From a virus (lineage: Duplodnaviria > Caudoviricetes), in the IMG/VR virus record IMGVR_UViG_3300043449_001017, positions 1 to 55,495 of that record: 55,495 bases of DNA; one strand, 5' to 3'. Below are positions 34,107-45,245 of the stretch, one piece after another. The notes beneath the pieces are model-generated. The model worked only from the letters and a program-made list of their open reading frames with translations. It did no database searches and had not been told where the DNA came from. Within the stretch, counting starts at the first letter, position 1. Each line of letters starts with the position of its first letter. Position numbers and translations under genes: made by a program.

Positions 34107-37100
34107 GATCCGGCTGCCCCGTAAAGGCCGTTCACGTCAACTGCTGCCACCCAGAACCTCTGAGTGCCAACCCAGTTGGCGCGGGTCGTGAAATAAGTGG
34201 CGTTCACCCGCCCCTGCACGGTAGCGGTCGCGAAGGTGCTCCCCCGCCGCACCTCATAGTAGGCAACCTCCAGGGTGCCCTTGACCGCTTGCCAGCTGAT
34301 CTGAGCGTCTCGGCCGCTGAAGGTGACGCTGAGCGTCGGGGCCGGCGCTCGGTCAATCGAGGTCACCACACTGCCCGCCGCGCCGTAGTTGCCGTTCGCG
34401 TCCACGGCAGCCACCCAGAAGGTTCGCGCCCCGGCCCAATTGGCATCAGTGGAGTAGCCGGTGCCATCGGCGCTGATCTTGGCGATCTTGGTGCCGGCCG
34501 CCCAGCTCGCGCCATAGCGGATCTCATAGAACACCGACCGGAGCGTGCCGTTGACCGGATTCCAGCTGAGCGTGCAACTGCGCCCGTAGAAGGTGGCCGC
34601 TACGGTCGGCGCTGCGGCTGCGGTGATCGTGACGTTCCGGCTGCCGGCTGCTCCAGTGTTGCCTGCTGGATCAACACCGGCCACCCAGAAGGTTCTGGTT
34701 CCGCTCCACATGACGGGCACGTTGAAGCTGTTGCCATAGACCCTGCCCACGCTGGTGCCGGACGCGAAGCTCGCGCCGTGGCGCAGCTCGTAGTAGTCCG
34801 GGGTATAGGAGCCTCGCGGGGTGGTCCAGGTGATCGCCGCCACGGGGTCTTCGATGGTGTGGGTGACCGTGGGAGCGCCCGGCCCCGTGATCGTGATCGT
34901 CGTGGTGGCTTGGGCCGTGCTCAAGACGTTGCTGCTGTCTCGAGCCTTGACCCGGTAGACCGTGGTGCTGGGGTCCAGCAGGCCGAGCACGTAGCGAGTG
35001 GTCTGGGCGTAGGCGAGGAACGCCGCTGTCTCCCAGCTGGACCCGCCAGACCTGATTTCGTAGTCCTTCAGGTCGATGTCCTCGACAGGATTCCAGCTGA
35101 GTGCCACACCCAGATCCTTATCGATGACGCTGGTGAGCCCAGTCACGTTGGCTGGCGGCGCAGTCTTGCCCAGCGCTTCCAGGGTGCCTGTCAGCGAGCT
35201 GGTGCTGATCTGCCCAACGGAGTTGAGGCTGAACACCTCCACCTCGAAGCTGCCAGGGGTGATGTTCAGGATTTCGTGGTCGGGTGACTGGGTTGTGTAA
35301 ATCGTCCAGTTGCCTTGGTTCTTGCGCCAGCGCACCCTGTACTGGTTCACGCCCGGCACTTGCCGCCAAGAGATCGACACCTTTGCGCGAACCTCTCCAC
35401 GGAACGGATACAGCGACTCCGTGATCTGCAGGTTTGTTGGCGCGGCCGGCACCAGGTTCAGGTTGGTGACATCACGGAACTGCAGCGGCCGGTCACGCTC
35501 GACGTAGGCGTACTTGCTGGCGTTGTAGCTCAGCGCTGTGACGCTGTAGCGAACGCCCTCCTGCTCCTGCACTGAGAGCACCCGCCATAGCGTGGTCGAA
35601 ATCCCGCCGCCGCCGTAAACCCAGATGGAGTTTGCCGCCGGTGCGGCAGACAATGCGCTGGGCAGGTTGAAGGTGTTGCCGCTTCGGGTCCCAACTGTCC
35701 GGGCTTCTACTGTGCCGTCTTTCAAGATGACCGACAGGGTGCCACCGCTGGCCGGGAGGCCGCTGGCGTCGTCCACAACGACTGAGGTGGTGGTCGCGCT
35801 CATGATCCTGCCACCACGCCGCGCCCCTGAACGGGCCGGGTCGGCAATCTCGATCACCTGGCCGGGCCGCACCATCACGCCCGCCTCCACGGAAGCCGTG
35901 AAGGTCACCACCTCCGTCTCGTACTGGCTGGAGTAGAGGAGCCACTCACCGAGGCGCGCGGCCTGCCCCCTCGAGGTGCAGGCAAAGGCGGAAACCTGCG
36001 TGGTCTGCACGCCGTACTTGGCGACAGCCACCACGTCCTCCACCACCTCGTAGGCGATGTCTTTGGTGCGCAGGTCCAGGTAGGACACCACCGCCACTGT
36101 GGGGCGCACCTTGGAATCGCTGCCCGCGTAGCTGAAGCCCTCCTCGGCCACGTTGGCCATCGTGAACAGGTAGGAGGCCGGCTGCGGCTTGTCCTGGGCG
36201 ATGGTCAGCGCACCGGTGCTCCAGTAGGGCATGGCCCGGAACACGCTGCAGAGATCATTGATGAGCTTGTAGGCATCCTCTTGGGTTTGGATCAGGCAGT
36301 TCATCGAGAACCGAGGTTCAGTGCCGCCAAAACCCGTAGGGACCAGCTCGTTGCAGTATTGGCTCGCCGAATAAAACGCCCACTTGTCGAGGCTGGCTGC
36401 CGAGATGTGATCGCCAAACCCGAACCGCTTGCTGGTCAGCAGATTCCATAGGCACCAGGCCGGATCGGATGTCCATTGCGCCGCGCCAAATGTCCCATTC
36501 CAGACCCCGCTGTAGGTGATGCGCCCCGTGGCCCGGTCAACCGTTGCGTTGTTGGGGATCTGAACCTTCAGCCCCCGCACCTGATAGCTGCGGCTGGGGA
36601 CGGAGCCAAATTGCTCAGCATTGACCCGCAGTGCCACAAGTGCGCTGTTGGGATAGCGCAGCTTCTCGGCAATGATCTCGGTGTAGCTGGTCCAGGTGAA
36701 GGCGTTGACGATTTTGGCGCTTGTGCTGTCGGGGTTCGCGCGGCTCACCCGAACATCAACGGGGAACGGCCCCGTCACTGGAATCATGTAGTCGCGCTGA
36801 TAGGAGTCAGGAGTGCGACCACGGATCACGTCGTTCACAACGTCTGACCAGCCGCCACCATTGCGCTGAAGCGCAACCACGACGTGCGCAGCCTCGCCAT
36901 TGATGTCGCCGTTGCTGTCATAGCTCTGCAGTTGCGGAACTGTGATCGTGACCCGCACGGCGTCCACGTTGGTGTCCGTGATGGTCCGCACGACAGGAAC
37001 GTTCCTGTCTACCTGCACTCCGACAGAAACCTCAGACGCAGCACTCCCGCTGCCGGTGTTGGAATTGATTGCGGACTGCGCCTGCGTCCCGTAGCGAGGA

Positions 37101-37414
37101 TTTACTCCGACGTTCTTGAAGTTGTAATCCGATGCCGCTGGAGCTGTATTGCTGGCCCCGGCGCGAAGGATAGGGGTGTTGTCGAGGTAGATGTCCTTGA
37201 GCATGGCGCGATTCCAGTCCGCGCTGCCCCGTGCATAGCCAGCCTTGGAAGGCGTAGCAAAGCCCTCTATCTCACCCTCGCCGAGCACGTCGATGATCTC
37301 AACGGTGGCGCTGCTGTTGAGGTTGTCGCCGGCCTCCGTGGGGGTGCGCGTATTGACCCCGCTGCTTCCGCCACGGCCGCCGAATGCGCCTGAGATCAAG
37401 GGCTGGTCTGTCAT
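34103..37414 (-). CDS. Host-specificity/tail tip protein J (lambda gpJ-like)
   Basis: GEGEIEG, YPNSALV, WTSDPAW, EPRFS.N and CTSRGQA.RLGEW, followed by FN3 repeats. Confidence 0.92.
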   Translation of the reverse strand: MTDQPLISGAFGGRGGSSGVNTRTPTEAGDNLNSSATVEIIDVLGEGEIEGFATPSKAGYARGSADWNRAMLKDIYLDNTPILRAGASNTAPAASDYNFKNVGVNPRYGTQAQSAINSNTGSGSAASEVSVGVQVDRNVPVVRTITDTNVDAVRVTITVPQLQSYDSNGDINGEAAHVVVALQRNGGGWSDVVNDVIRGRTPDSYQRDYMIPVTGPFPVDVRVSRANPDSTSAKIVNAFTWTSYTEIIAEKLRYPNSALVALRVNAEQFGSVPSRSYQVRGLKVQIPNNATVDRATGRITYSGVWNGTFGAAQWTSDPAWCLWNLLTSKRFGFGDHISAASLDKWAFYSASQYCNELVPTGFGGTEPRFSMNCLIQTQEDAYKLINDLCSVFRAMPYWSTGALTIAQDKPQPASYLFTMANVAEEGFSYAGSDSKVRPTVAVVSYLDLRTKDIAYEVVEDVVAVAKYGVQTTQVSAFACTSRGQAARLGEWLLYSSQYETEVVTFTASVEAGVMVRPGQVIEIADPARSGARRGGRIMSATTTSVVVDDASGLPASGGTLSVILKDGTVEARTVGTRSGNTFNLPSALSAAPAANSIWVYGGGGISTTLWRVLSVQEQEGVRYSVTALSYNASKYAYVERDRPLQFRDVTNLNLVPAAPTNLQITESLYPFRGEVRAKVSISWRQVPGVNQYRVRWRKNQGNWTIYTTQSPDHEILNITPGSFEVEVFSLNSVGQISTSSLTGTLEALGKTAPPANVTGLTSVIDKDLGVALSWNPVEDIDLKDYEIRSGGSSWETAAFLAYAQTTRYVLGLLDPSTTVYRVKARDSSNVLSTAQATTTITITGPGAPTVTHTIEDPVAAITWTTPRGSYTPDYYELRHGASFASGTSVGRVYGNSFNVPVMWSGTRTFWVAGVDPAGNTGAAGSRNVTITAAAAPTVAATFYGRSCTLSWNPVNGTLRSVFYEIRYGASWAAGTKIAKISADGTGYSTDANWAGARTFWVAAVDANGNYGAAGSVVTSIDRAPAPTLSVTFSGRDAQISWQAVKGTLEVAYYEVRRGSTFATATVQGRVNATYFTTRANWVGTQRFWVAAVDVNGLYGAAGS

Positions 37415-38007
37415 GTCTGGCTGATGTCGATGGAGGCGCTGATGACAATCGACCCGACGATGGTCTCGCCGTAGATCACGGGAACCGGGACGCCCTGCCG
37501 CGAGACGTTCTGGATGCCGCTGAAGCTGTATGACTTGCGTGGGTCGGCCTCCCCATCCATGCCGGTGGTGGCTTTGGGAACGGGGCTGAGAAGCTCTGCG
37601 ACGCCACCCAGGATCAGACTGGCGCCGACGCCAAGGGCCACGGTGCCCACCGCAAGGGTGCCGGCACCAAAGAGTCCAATCGCAGCGCCACCGAATCCGC
37701 CGGTGACGATGGTCAGGGCTACCAGCGCCACGCCGGCCAGGATCCGCCCGACAGCACCACCAGCACCGGCCACCACGGGGACGATCTTGATCTCCTGCTG
37801 CCCTGCAGGGTGGTGAAGTTCTTCCAGAGCGAGGTCGTAGTCGCCAACACTCACCCGATAGTGCTGGTCGGCCATGTGCTGCTCGAGCTCTGGCCAGTTC
37901 GCGAGAAGGAAGCGCACGGCCTCGGCCGCGCTGGCAACATCAGCGTGGAGAACTCGCTTGCCGATGAACTTCGCAAGCTGGCCGTAGAGCTTAATCCTGC
38001 GAAGCAT
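37411..38007 (-). CDS. Tail assembly protein I
   Basis: [27 protein letters not shown]. Confidence 0.9.
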   Translation of the reverse strand: MLRRIKLYGQLAKFIGKRVLHADVASAAEAVRFLLANWPELEQHMADQHYRVSVGDYDLALEELHHPAGQQEIKIVPVVAGAGGAVGRILAGVALVALTIVTGGFGGAAIGLFGAGTLAVGTVALGVGASLILGGVAELLSPVPKATTGMDGEADPRKSYSFSGIQNVSRQGVPVPVIYGETIVGSIVISASIDISQT

Positions 38008-38698
38008 GACGAAGCCGCCTCCCTGTGCATTGTAGGAGCCAGCCACCGTAGAGATCGCGGCTGCTGAGGCGTCCCTGCAGGTGGTGAAAGACGGCCTGGT
38101 CGCCCAGGTAGACAGCGCAATGATTCAGGCCTGGGCTGCTGATGGCCATCAGCAGAAGGTCGCCGCGCTTCAGCTCCTCATCCTCTCCTAGCTCTCGGAA
38201 GCCAGTGTCCCGCCAGCAGCGATCAAAGATCGGCTCCCGCAGGAAGTCCTCAGACCGCACGGGCCGTTCCCAGTCCCGCAGCTCTAGGTCCAGCTCCTCG
38301 CGATACCAGTCACGCGCCAGCGTCCAGCAGTCAGACACCCCCCACGCCCAGCAGCGCCCGATCAGCGGCGCCCTGTAGCCCTCCGGCTTGCACCCGCCCC
38401 ACTCTCCAGTCTTGGGGTTGACGATGTGCCACTCCAGCCCACTGTTCTCGCACGCCATTCGGTCCGCCTGGCTGGGCACCGGCTGGGTGAGAGGGTGGCT
38501 GTGAACGACAGCCAGGATCTCGCCAGCGTCCTCGGCTGCTGCGTAGTCGAGCGGGTCCAAGACGAAGAAATCAGCCGTGTCGGCAAGGTTCCTGCACGGC
38601 CAGTAGCGTTCGCGGCCTTTGACCACCACCAGCAGGCCACAGGCCTCGCGCGGGTCTTCGGCTTGTGCGTGCTCAAGGGCATCGGTGCGCCAGGTCAT
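37991..38698 (-). CDS. Tail assembly protein K (JAB plus NlpC/P60)
   Basis: EACG, VHSHP..PS.AD, DCW.L.RD.Y and NHCAVY. Confidence 0.92.
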   Translation of the reverse strand: MTWRTDALEHAQAEDPREACGLLVVVKGRERYWPCRNLADTADFFVLDPLDYAAAEDAGEILAVVHSHPLTQPVPSQADRMACENSGLEWHIVNPKTGEWGGCKPEGYRAPLIGRCWAWGVSDCWTLARDWYREELDLELRDWERPVRSEDFLREPIFDRCWRDTGFRELGEDEELKRGDLLLMAISSPGLNHCAVYLGDQAVFHHLQGRLSSRDLYGGWLLQCTGRRLRHASQD

Positions 38699-39909
38699 AC
38701 GGCAAAGCTCCCCACGCCAGGGAAGCTGCCGAAGGGCAGTGCGGCCGTCGCGCCGAATCGCAGCTTGCAGCTGTCCACCCTCTTGCCGCAGGCGTCGCCG
38801 CTGTAGGCGATGTCCGCGTCCCAGGCGGCAGAGGCCTGCCAAGTGTTCAGTGCGGTGTCCCGAGCTGCAACAGCGGCGTTGTAGTTAGAGAGAGCGGTGT
38901 TGTAGGCAGCCAGCGCCGCGTCGTAGGCAGCCTGTGCGGCAGCGAGGCCAGTGGAATCAAGAACCCACCGCTGGATCTCGTACACGGCGAGATAAACGCT
39001 AAAGTATTTTTGCGTGCCGCGCCTGTATTCAGTGCCCAAAGTTACGCTCACTCCGTTCCATGACGCAAATTCACCTACAGCTGAAAAGGTGTTGAATCCG
39101 ACTTGGTTAAATGCGTCGTAGCGGGTCTCGGCCAGCTTCCAGGTCGGTTGCGTAGCATTCAGCGTGTTTTTGGTTGTGTTCAGCGTCGTGGTCGCAGTCG
39201 CCAACTGTGTCGTGCGTGTCGCCAGCGTTGTCACGGCGCTGTAGTAGGCCGTCGCTTCTGTCGATGTTGGCGTTAGAGCAGGAACGTCAAACTCGTTGGC
39301 CACCGGCGGGCCATCGAAACCACACTCAGCAGACCTGTAGCCCCACTGGCAGACGTTCGCGATGCACTGCCGCTTGGGCGCACGCACACCCTGCAGGTCA
39401 AACGCAGCCGCCAGCTCGAACTCCACGACATCGCGGTTCTCCGCCACCTTCCGGCTGATGTAGTAGATCTCCTCCGGGAACTCGGCGGTGCTGTCCGGCG
39501 TGCCGTAGGGGTTCACGTTGCCGGGGAAGTTGGATGCGTCCATGTAGCGGGCCAGGGTGCGCCGCCGGATCACCTTTGCGCCGATCAGGTCATTGCCTGG
39601 CGTGATTGCGTTCACAGCCAGCAGCACCGTGGTGATCGTACTGAGCACGTTGGCGACCCGCAGCCGGGGCCGGGGGAGCTGGCCATTGCCGCTGTACTCG
39701 AAGCCGTCGCACTCGATGGGGAACGCTGTATAGGTCTGTCCAGCCCACACCACGCTGCCGCCATCGTTCTTGCCATTCACGCCGGCATGGAAGCGATAAA
39801 CGTCGGTGCTGCCGTGGAGCTTCTGCACCAGGCGCAGCTCAAACAGCTCGATGATCGCGCTCGGGGCGACCTTCTGCAGCTCCTCCGTGATCTGCTGGGG
39901 AACTGTCAT
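38695..39909 (-). CDS. Minor tail protein L with large internal insertion
   Basis: IELFEL, GFE..G.G..PRP, CQWGYRS.ECG and C-terminal CGK...[14 protein letters not shown]. Confidence 0.9.
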   Translation of the reverse strand: MTVPQQITEELQKVAPSAIIELFELRLVQKLHGSTDVYRFHAGVNGKNDGGSVVWAGQTYTAFPIECDGFEYSGNGQLPRPRLRVANVLSTITTVLLAVNAITPGNDLIGAKVIRRRTLARYMDASNFPGNVNPYGTPDSTAEFPEEIYYISRKVAENRDVVEFELAAAFDLQGVRAPKRQCIANVCQWGYRSAECGFDGPPVANEFDVPALTPTSTEATAYYSAVTTLATRTTQLATATTTLNTTKNTLNATQPTWKLAETRYDAFNQVGFNTFSAVGEFASWNGVSVTLGTEYRRGTQKYFSVYLAVYEIQRWVLDSTGLAAAQAAYDAALAAYNTALSNYNAAVAARDTALNTWQASAAWDADIAYSGDACGKRVDSCKLRFGATAALPFGSFPGVGSFAV

Positions 39910-40250
39910 GAGGGCTCTGCAACCTGCCGGAAGGTCGCGGTGACAGTGTTCAGGTTGTAAGAGTCAGCCGTGATCTGCCAGTCCTCGCACACGTACTGGC
40001 CCTGAGCAGCGCCCCACACCGGCGGTGTCCAGGTGAACGACTCCACTCCACCGCGCGCCTGCAAGAAGTTGCGGATAGCAGTCGTCTCAGTGTTGTTGCG
40101 CGACTTGAACGTGAGCTGCCAGCTCTTGAGGTCAGTGTTCAATCCAAAGCGAATGCGTTGCTCGTAGCCGTCTCCGAATTGAGCCTTGCGTGCGCGAGGA
40201 TTACTCACCTCGGTGGGTGGATATTCAGGGATGTAGGTGAAGGTCGCCAT
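39906..40250 (-). CDS. Minor tail protein M
   Basis: FGDGYEQR..GLN and FL..RGG.ESF.WTPP. Confidence 0.92.
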   Translation of the reverse strand: MATFTYIPEYPPTEVSNPRARKAQFGDGYEQRIRFGLNTDLKSWQLTFKSRNNTETTAIRNFLQARGGVESFTWTPPVWGAAQGQYVCEDWQITADSYNLNTVTATFRQVAEPS

Positions 40251-40252
40251 GA

Positions 40253-43200
40253 TTAAGCCGCCAGTAAGCCGCCAGGGCGCTTCTGGCGGAGAAGTTCATT
40301 CTGCACCGCCTGCGACACAGCGCGACCGAGCGCTTCAGCCTGACCCGGATTGCCCTGGACCTGGCTGCCGCCAGACGCGTCCACATTCACGACGACGCTG
40401 GTGCTGCCGCCGCCGCTGCCCGCCGCGACCCCGAGCTTCCCGTCGCGCCCACGACGCAGTGGCATGATCGCCTCTGGACCGGCTTCGCCCATCAGTCCGA
40501 GCTGGCCGGCGCCACCATTGGCAAACTTGAACAGGGTGGGCTTATCGACGACGCCACCCATTGCAAACGGAACGATGCCGTTTTGGGCAAATGCGTTGCC
40601 ATTGGCGTTGGGTAGTGGAATGCCAAACAGCCCCATCACTCCGCCCATTAGCGGCTTGATGATCGCCTGCTGAATAGCGATCCGAGCCATGTCAGAAAGG
40701 ATGCTGCGGGCGAGCTCCTTGAAATTGGCCTTGCCGGTGGTGACGAAATTCAGAAGCTGATCTTCAAGGCCCTTGAATGTGCTTTGAATAACTGTGCCAA
40801 CAGAGCCGCCAAAATCGTTCAGTGTCTTGTAGTAGTTCTGCAGGGATGTGGTGAGGCTTCCGTTAAAGCTCCTCGCCCTGTCAGCAGCTTCTACCTGTCT
40901 TTTAGCGTTGTCAGTGATTGCCTGACCGAGCTGTGGATACAGGACCACCAAGGCCTGAATCGCTTCGCGCAACTTATTGGCTTCAGCGGAATTGCCCTGA
41001 CCGCTCTTTTCCAGCGCCTTTAGCGCCTCGTTTGCCACGCTAATGCTTTGCGTGACCTCGCGAGCCGCCTTGGCTTTGCGCAGTTCAGCGTCAACAAACT
41101 CGGGCCGCATGTTGGATTTCTCCAACCTGTTGCGGTACTCGAGCTCAAAGTTTGCGTCCTTTTGAGCGTCTAGCTGTTCACGGATTTGCTGCGTATAGTC
41201 ACGCACAAATCCCGTGCCAATTTGCTCTTTCAGCTTAGCGACTTGCTCTTCGGTAAGCTTCAGGATGCGCTCAGCCCCAGCGAGGTCGACAGCCTCAACG
41301 CCTGACTTGGCTTCGGCGCCGATCGAGCGAGCCTGCTGCGAAGCATTGCCAGTTGCCGAGGCAGTCGCTCGAGCCGTTGAACCACCTTGCAGATGCAGAA
41401 GACGCATGGGGCCGTCTGCCGTCTGAATTTCAACAGCAAAGCCTCCTGCGCCAGTAAAGCCCAGGTCGCGCAGTACGGTTGCGCCGTTGCGCAGACCGAT
41501 GCCGCTGCCGCTGGGGGTGCCGAAGTCGATTCCGTTATGGAAGCTGCGGCCAAACATCCTGCGCGGCCCGTAGGGGCTGGTGACGCCATAGCTGCTTGGG
41601 TCCCTGCCATTGACGCTGATATAGCGATCAACATCTTCTGCCGTGATGCGCCGGCCGTCAGCCCAGCGAGCATCCAGATGTGGCCCCGTGCTCTGGCCAG
41701 TATCGCCGGTGCGAGCAATAACGCCAGTCGGAGAGACGCCGGTGCCGCCAGTCGCCGTCGCCATAGCCTGAGCAGACTTGGCCGCCTGCTGAGCAGCCAT
41801 GACACCAAAGGCGGCTTCCCGGCGACGATTCGTAAGCCCATCCATCTCGCCATAGAAAGACGTGATGAGACTGGCGGCAGATTTAGCTACGCCAGTAAAG
41901 CTTTTCACCCAGTTGTCGCGCTGCTTATTTTGTAACTCTTGTTCGAACTCGTATCGCTTACGGATCAACTCCATCGCATTGCGATGGGTCGCATTGTCTA
42001 GATCAACACGAGCTCGAGCATTGGCTTCGTCGAGACGGCGCTGTTCGTCGGCTTCCTTTTTAGCCTTCTCAGAATCTTCGCCAGTGCTAGGGGGTACGTT
42101 TTGCGCCTGGCCGCCAAAGTTGCCGCCCAGCTCGGGCATTTTGAACATGTCGTTGAACTTGCCGCCGATCGAGTCGACGATGCCACTGACAGCTCCGTCG
42201 ATCTGATCCTTGAACAGCGCCGCTGCACCAGCACCGGCCGCCAGTCCAACAACGGCGCCAACTCCTTTTGCGCTTCTAAGCCCTTTGACAGCACCGGAAG
42301 CGGAGCCACTGATGACGGCTTGCAATGCGCCTTGAATGGCCTTGAGTGCCGTGATCGCCTTCTCAAGCGTCAGCAGCTCTCGAGTGACCTTAACCAGCGT
42401 CGTCGTGACACCCACAACAGTCCTGAACGCCGCCACGAAGGTGCCGATGTTCTGCACCGCAAAGACGCCCGCCATGGTCGTGCCGAGCACGAGCAGCGTC
42501 TTGGTGAGACCAGACAGGATGTCCTTCAGCCCCTGTACGCCACCGATCAGCTTGCTGACGTTGCTGAACGTGTTGCCAAGAGCCTTCTGCCAGTTCGTTG
42601 TTCCCTCGGCGACCCGCGTCAGTGAGTTCAGTGCTTCGGTGCCAAAGTTCTGGAACGCTGTGACGATGGGCAGCAATGCCTGGCCCGCCGCCAGCTTGAA
42701 GTTGTCCATTGCAAGCTGGAAGCGGATGCTTGCAGCAAACGGCGAGTCGCCGATTGATTTGGCTGCATCTCCGTAGCGCTTGAACAGCTCTTCGCTGAAC
42801 TTGACGAACTGCTCAGTCGTGACCTTGCCGTCCTGCAGCGCCTTGTCGAGCTGCTGCGGGGTCATCTTTACAGCCTGGGCAAAGATCGTGAATGCACCGG
42901 GCAGGCGCTCGCCGATTTGTCCGCGCAGTTCTTCCGCGCTCACTTTGCCCTTGGAAAATACCTGCGAGGCAGCGAGCATGGCCGCGTTGAGCTGCTCGGT
43001 GCTGCCACCGGTGGCCACGATGGCAGCGCTGAGGCCCTTGAAGACCGTCTGGGTCTCATTGACGCCCATGCCTGCGCCGCGCACGGAGGCTTGCAGCCTG
43101 GTGTAGTTCTTGGTGGCGTCTCCGAGACTGGTTAGAAACTGCGGTGCTGCATCCTTGATGAACTTGAGGCTGTTGTTGAACTCGCGTTGATCGGTGCTGA

Positions 43201-44908
43201 CACCCTTCAGCGCGATCTGCAGGCGAGCGATTTCCGATGCGTAGTTGCTAGCACCAGCCGCAGCCTGCCCAACTCCACCGACTGCTGCACCGATCGCCGC
43301 GCCTCCCAGGGCTCCGGCAAAGCCGCCGACCCCAGATGCTGCACCAAAGGCTGCGCCGGCAGCGCCGCCGAGGAAGCCCGCAGGCCCACCAAACACGGCG
43401 CCCGAGGCAACAGCGCCAAGGGTCTGGAACCTGCTACCAAACGCGTTGCCGCCGCCGATACGCTTCTCCAACTGCCGATCAATTGTCGACAGCTCCTTGC
43501 CGATCTCTTTCAGCGCAGCCTTGTTGTTGCCGACAGTGTTGCGAAGTTCTTCCCAGGCCGCGCGCTGCGAGCGCAGGCTATTGATGCTGCCATCAGAGGC
43601 GGCGGTCGCCTTGCGAATGTCAACAGCTACCTCTTCGTAGCTGTTGCCCATTCGTTCGATGTCATTGCTGATCTTTGCAAAACCAACACCACCGATTGAC
43701 TGGTAGAGGGAGCTGATCTCTCGGGGCGGCATCGAGATCTGCGACAGCAAATTTTCGCGAGCAGCCGAGCGCCCTTCTGTGCCACGCGCCAGCATGGCGC
43801 CTGTCGCGGGGTCGCGGTAACCCCCGACGTTCGGCGCCTTTGCAACATCCTCCTGGATCCTTGCGAGCTTCTCCAGGACGCGAGCGCGACGCTCCTCTAC
43901 CCTGGCTGCCTGCTCCTGTTCCTTGGTCGTGCCATTCAGCATGCGCTGAAGGTCGTCCTCGGCATCCAATAGCTGCGTCTGCAGCACCCGCACTTGGTCC
44001 TGCTGGGCCTGCTTTAGGCGGTCGTACTCGGCGGCCAGCTGGCCCAGTTGAATGCGCGAAGCTTCCCATTCGCGGCCGATGTCGCGGCCGGCGCCTTCCA
44101 GGCCCGGAATGGTCGTGCGAGCGCCGCCGCTAGTGGTTGCTGGGCCGCGAGTGGATGCAAGGTTGCCCTCGATGCGGCGAATGTCATTAAGCAGCGGCTC
44201 GAGGTTAGAAGTGTCCCGCAGGACGTTCTGCAGCTGCTCCTTCAGGCGGGAGACTTCAGCCTGCTTGGCGGCGACTGTGGCGGGCAAGCCACCCTGCTTC
44301 GCCTGGCGCTCAAACAGAGCGGCCGGGTCATCAACGAAGTAGTTGCCCTTCAGGTAAGGATTCGCGTTCAGCGCATTGCTGAACAGGTTGTTGTCTTGAC
44401 TTTTGCGCTGCCCTTCTTGCGTCGCCTTATTGATATCGGCGACGCCTTGGATGTACTCCCGGCTCAAAAGCTTGAACTTCGCCAGGTCGTCCTGCATCTG
44501 ACGAACCTGCGCGGCAAGCATGCTCGGCTTGCTCGTTGCAGCACCCAGATTGCTGAGCTGCTTCGCCGTATAGGTCGCGCCCGTGGCGAGATCGACGTAG
44601 GCCGCGTTCAGGTCGCGGACCTCGCCCTCAAGGCGACGAATATCGGCCCCCAGCGTGGTGTAGAGCTGGCCACCAGCGCCGGCCTGGCCCTTTAGCGCCT
44701 TCAGGGCGTCAATCTGCCCTCTGATGATCTGCTCGGTGCGCTTGCCGGCTTCCCCGAAGGCAATGATGTCCTGTCGAGCCTTGCTCAGCTGCGTCTCGGC
44801 AGGGCCGATCGCCTGCTGCAGACCCTTGAAGGCGCCCTTGAGCTTATCGAAGCCCTCGAGGCCTTCGATCTGGGCAAGGATCTTTAGCCGTGCGACCTGT
44901 TCAGCCAT
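40253..44908 (-). CDS. Tape measure protein with internal M23-like domain
   Basis: 1551 aa, SQVFSKGKVSAEELRGQIGERLPG core and lambda-type C-terminus MGEAGPEAIMPL. Confidence 0.93.
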   Translation of the reverse strand: MAEQVARLKILAQIEGLEGFDKLKGAFKGLQQAIGPAETQLSKARQDIIAFGEAGKRTEQIIRGQIDALKALKGQAGAGGQLYTTLGADIRRLEGEVRDLNAAYVDLATGATYTAKQLSNLGAATSKPSMLAAQVRQMQDDLAKFKLLSREYIQGVADINKATQEGQRKSQDNNLFSNALNANPYLKGNYFVDDPAALFERQAKQGGLPATVAAKQAEVSRLKEQLQNVLRDTSNLEPLLNDIRRIEGNLASTRGPATTSGGARTTIPGLEGAGRDIGREWEASRIQLGQLAAEYDRLKQAQQDQVRVLQTQLLDAEDDLQRMLNGTTKEQEQAARVEERRARVLEKLARIQEDVAKAPNVGGYRDPATGAMLARGTEGRSAARENLLSQISMPPREISSLYQSIGGVGFAKISNDIERMGNSYEEVAVDIRKATAASDGSINSLRSQRAAWEELRNTVGNNKAALKEIGKELSTIDRQLEKRIGGGNAFGSRFQTLGAVASGAVFGGPAGFLGGAAGAAFGAASGVGGFAGALGGAAIGAAVGGVGQAAAGASNYASEIARLQIALKGVSTDQREFNNSLKFIKDAAPQFLTSLGDATKNYTRLQASVRGAGMGVNETQTVFKGLSAAIVATGGSTEQLNAAMLAASQVFSKGKVSAEELRGQIGERLPGAFTIFAQAVKMTPQQLDKALQDGKVTTEQFVKFSEELFKRYGDAAKSIGDSPFAASIRFQLAMDNFKLAAGQALLPIVTAFQNFGTEALNSLTRVAEGTTNWQKALGNTFSNVSKLIGGVQGLKDILSGLTKTLLVLGTTMAGVFAVQNIGTFVAAFRTVVGVTTTLVKVTRELLTLEKAITALKAIQGALQAVISGSASGAVKGLRSAKGVGAVVGLAAGAGAAALFKDQIDGAVSGIVDSIGGKFNDMFKMPELGGNFGGQAQNVPPSTGEDSEKAKKEADEQRRLDEANARARVDLDNATHRNAMELIRKRYEFEQELQNKQRDNWVKSFTGVAKSAASLITSFYGEMDGLTNRRREAAFGVMAAQQAAKSAQAMATATGGTGVSPTGVIARTGDTGQSTGPHLDARWADGRRITAEDVDRYISVNGRDPSSYGVTSPYGPRRMFGRSFHNGIDFGTPSGSGIGLRNGATVLRDLGFTGAGGFAVEIQTADGPMRLLHLQGGSTARATASATGNASQQARSIGAEAKSGVEAVDLAGAERILKLTEEQVAKLKEQIGTGFVRDYTQQIREQLDAQKDANFELEYRNRLEKSNMRPEFVDAELRKAKAAREVTQSISVANEALKALEKSGQGNSAEANKLREAIQALVVLYPQLGQAITDNAKRQVEAADRARSFNGSLTTSLQNYYKTLNDFGGSVGTVIQSTFKGLEDQLLNFVTTGKANFKELARSILSDMARIAIQQAIIKPLMGGVMGLFGIPLPNANGNAFAQNGIVPFAMGGVVDKPTLFKFANGGAGQLGLMGEAGPEAIMPLRRGRDGKLGVAAGSGGGSTSVVVNVDASGGSQVQGNPGQAEALGRAVSQAVQNELLRQKRPGGLLAA

Positions 44909-45245
44909 CGTCGTTCAGAACTTTCAGGGCGGCGGCTTCCATGGCCTGAATGCCCTCAAGCATGGCCTTGGGATCCTCAACCGAGTATAGGTCGCACAGC
45001 CACCGCAGCACCTCGTACTTGAGGCCGGCATAGCCGCTCATGGTGATGTTCCACTGCGTTTGCATGCGCAGAAACATCATCACCGTCTCCCAGTTGTCGA
45101 AGAAGACTTCAAAGTCAGAAGGCGGCGTAGAGGCTCGCAGTTTTGCGATGTCCTCATCCGTTGCGCCGAATGCCTTGAAGTCTTCCTCCGCCTGGTCGTC
45201 GACGCCGCCGGAAGCCCAGTGCTCGGCGGCCTCTTTCAGTTTTTT
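44901..45245 (-). CDS. Tail assembly chaperone GT (frameshift extension)
   Basis: The -1 frame is open from the slippery site: KLKEAAEHW...NWETVMMFLRMQTQW...GLKY...MEAAAL. Confidence 0.8.
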   Translation of the reverse strand, partial: KKLKEAAEHWASGGVDDQAEEDFKAFGATDEDIAKLRASTPPSDFEVFFDNWETVMMFLRMQTQWNITMSGYAGLKYEVLRWLCDLYSVEDPKAMLEGIQAMEAAALKVLNDDG

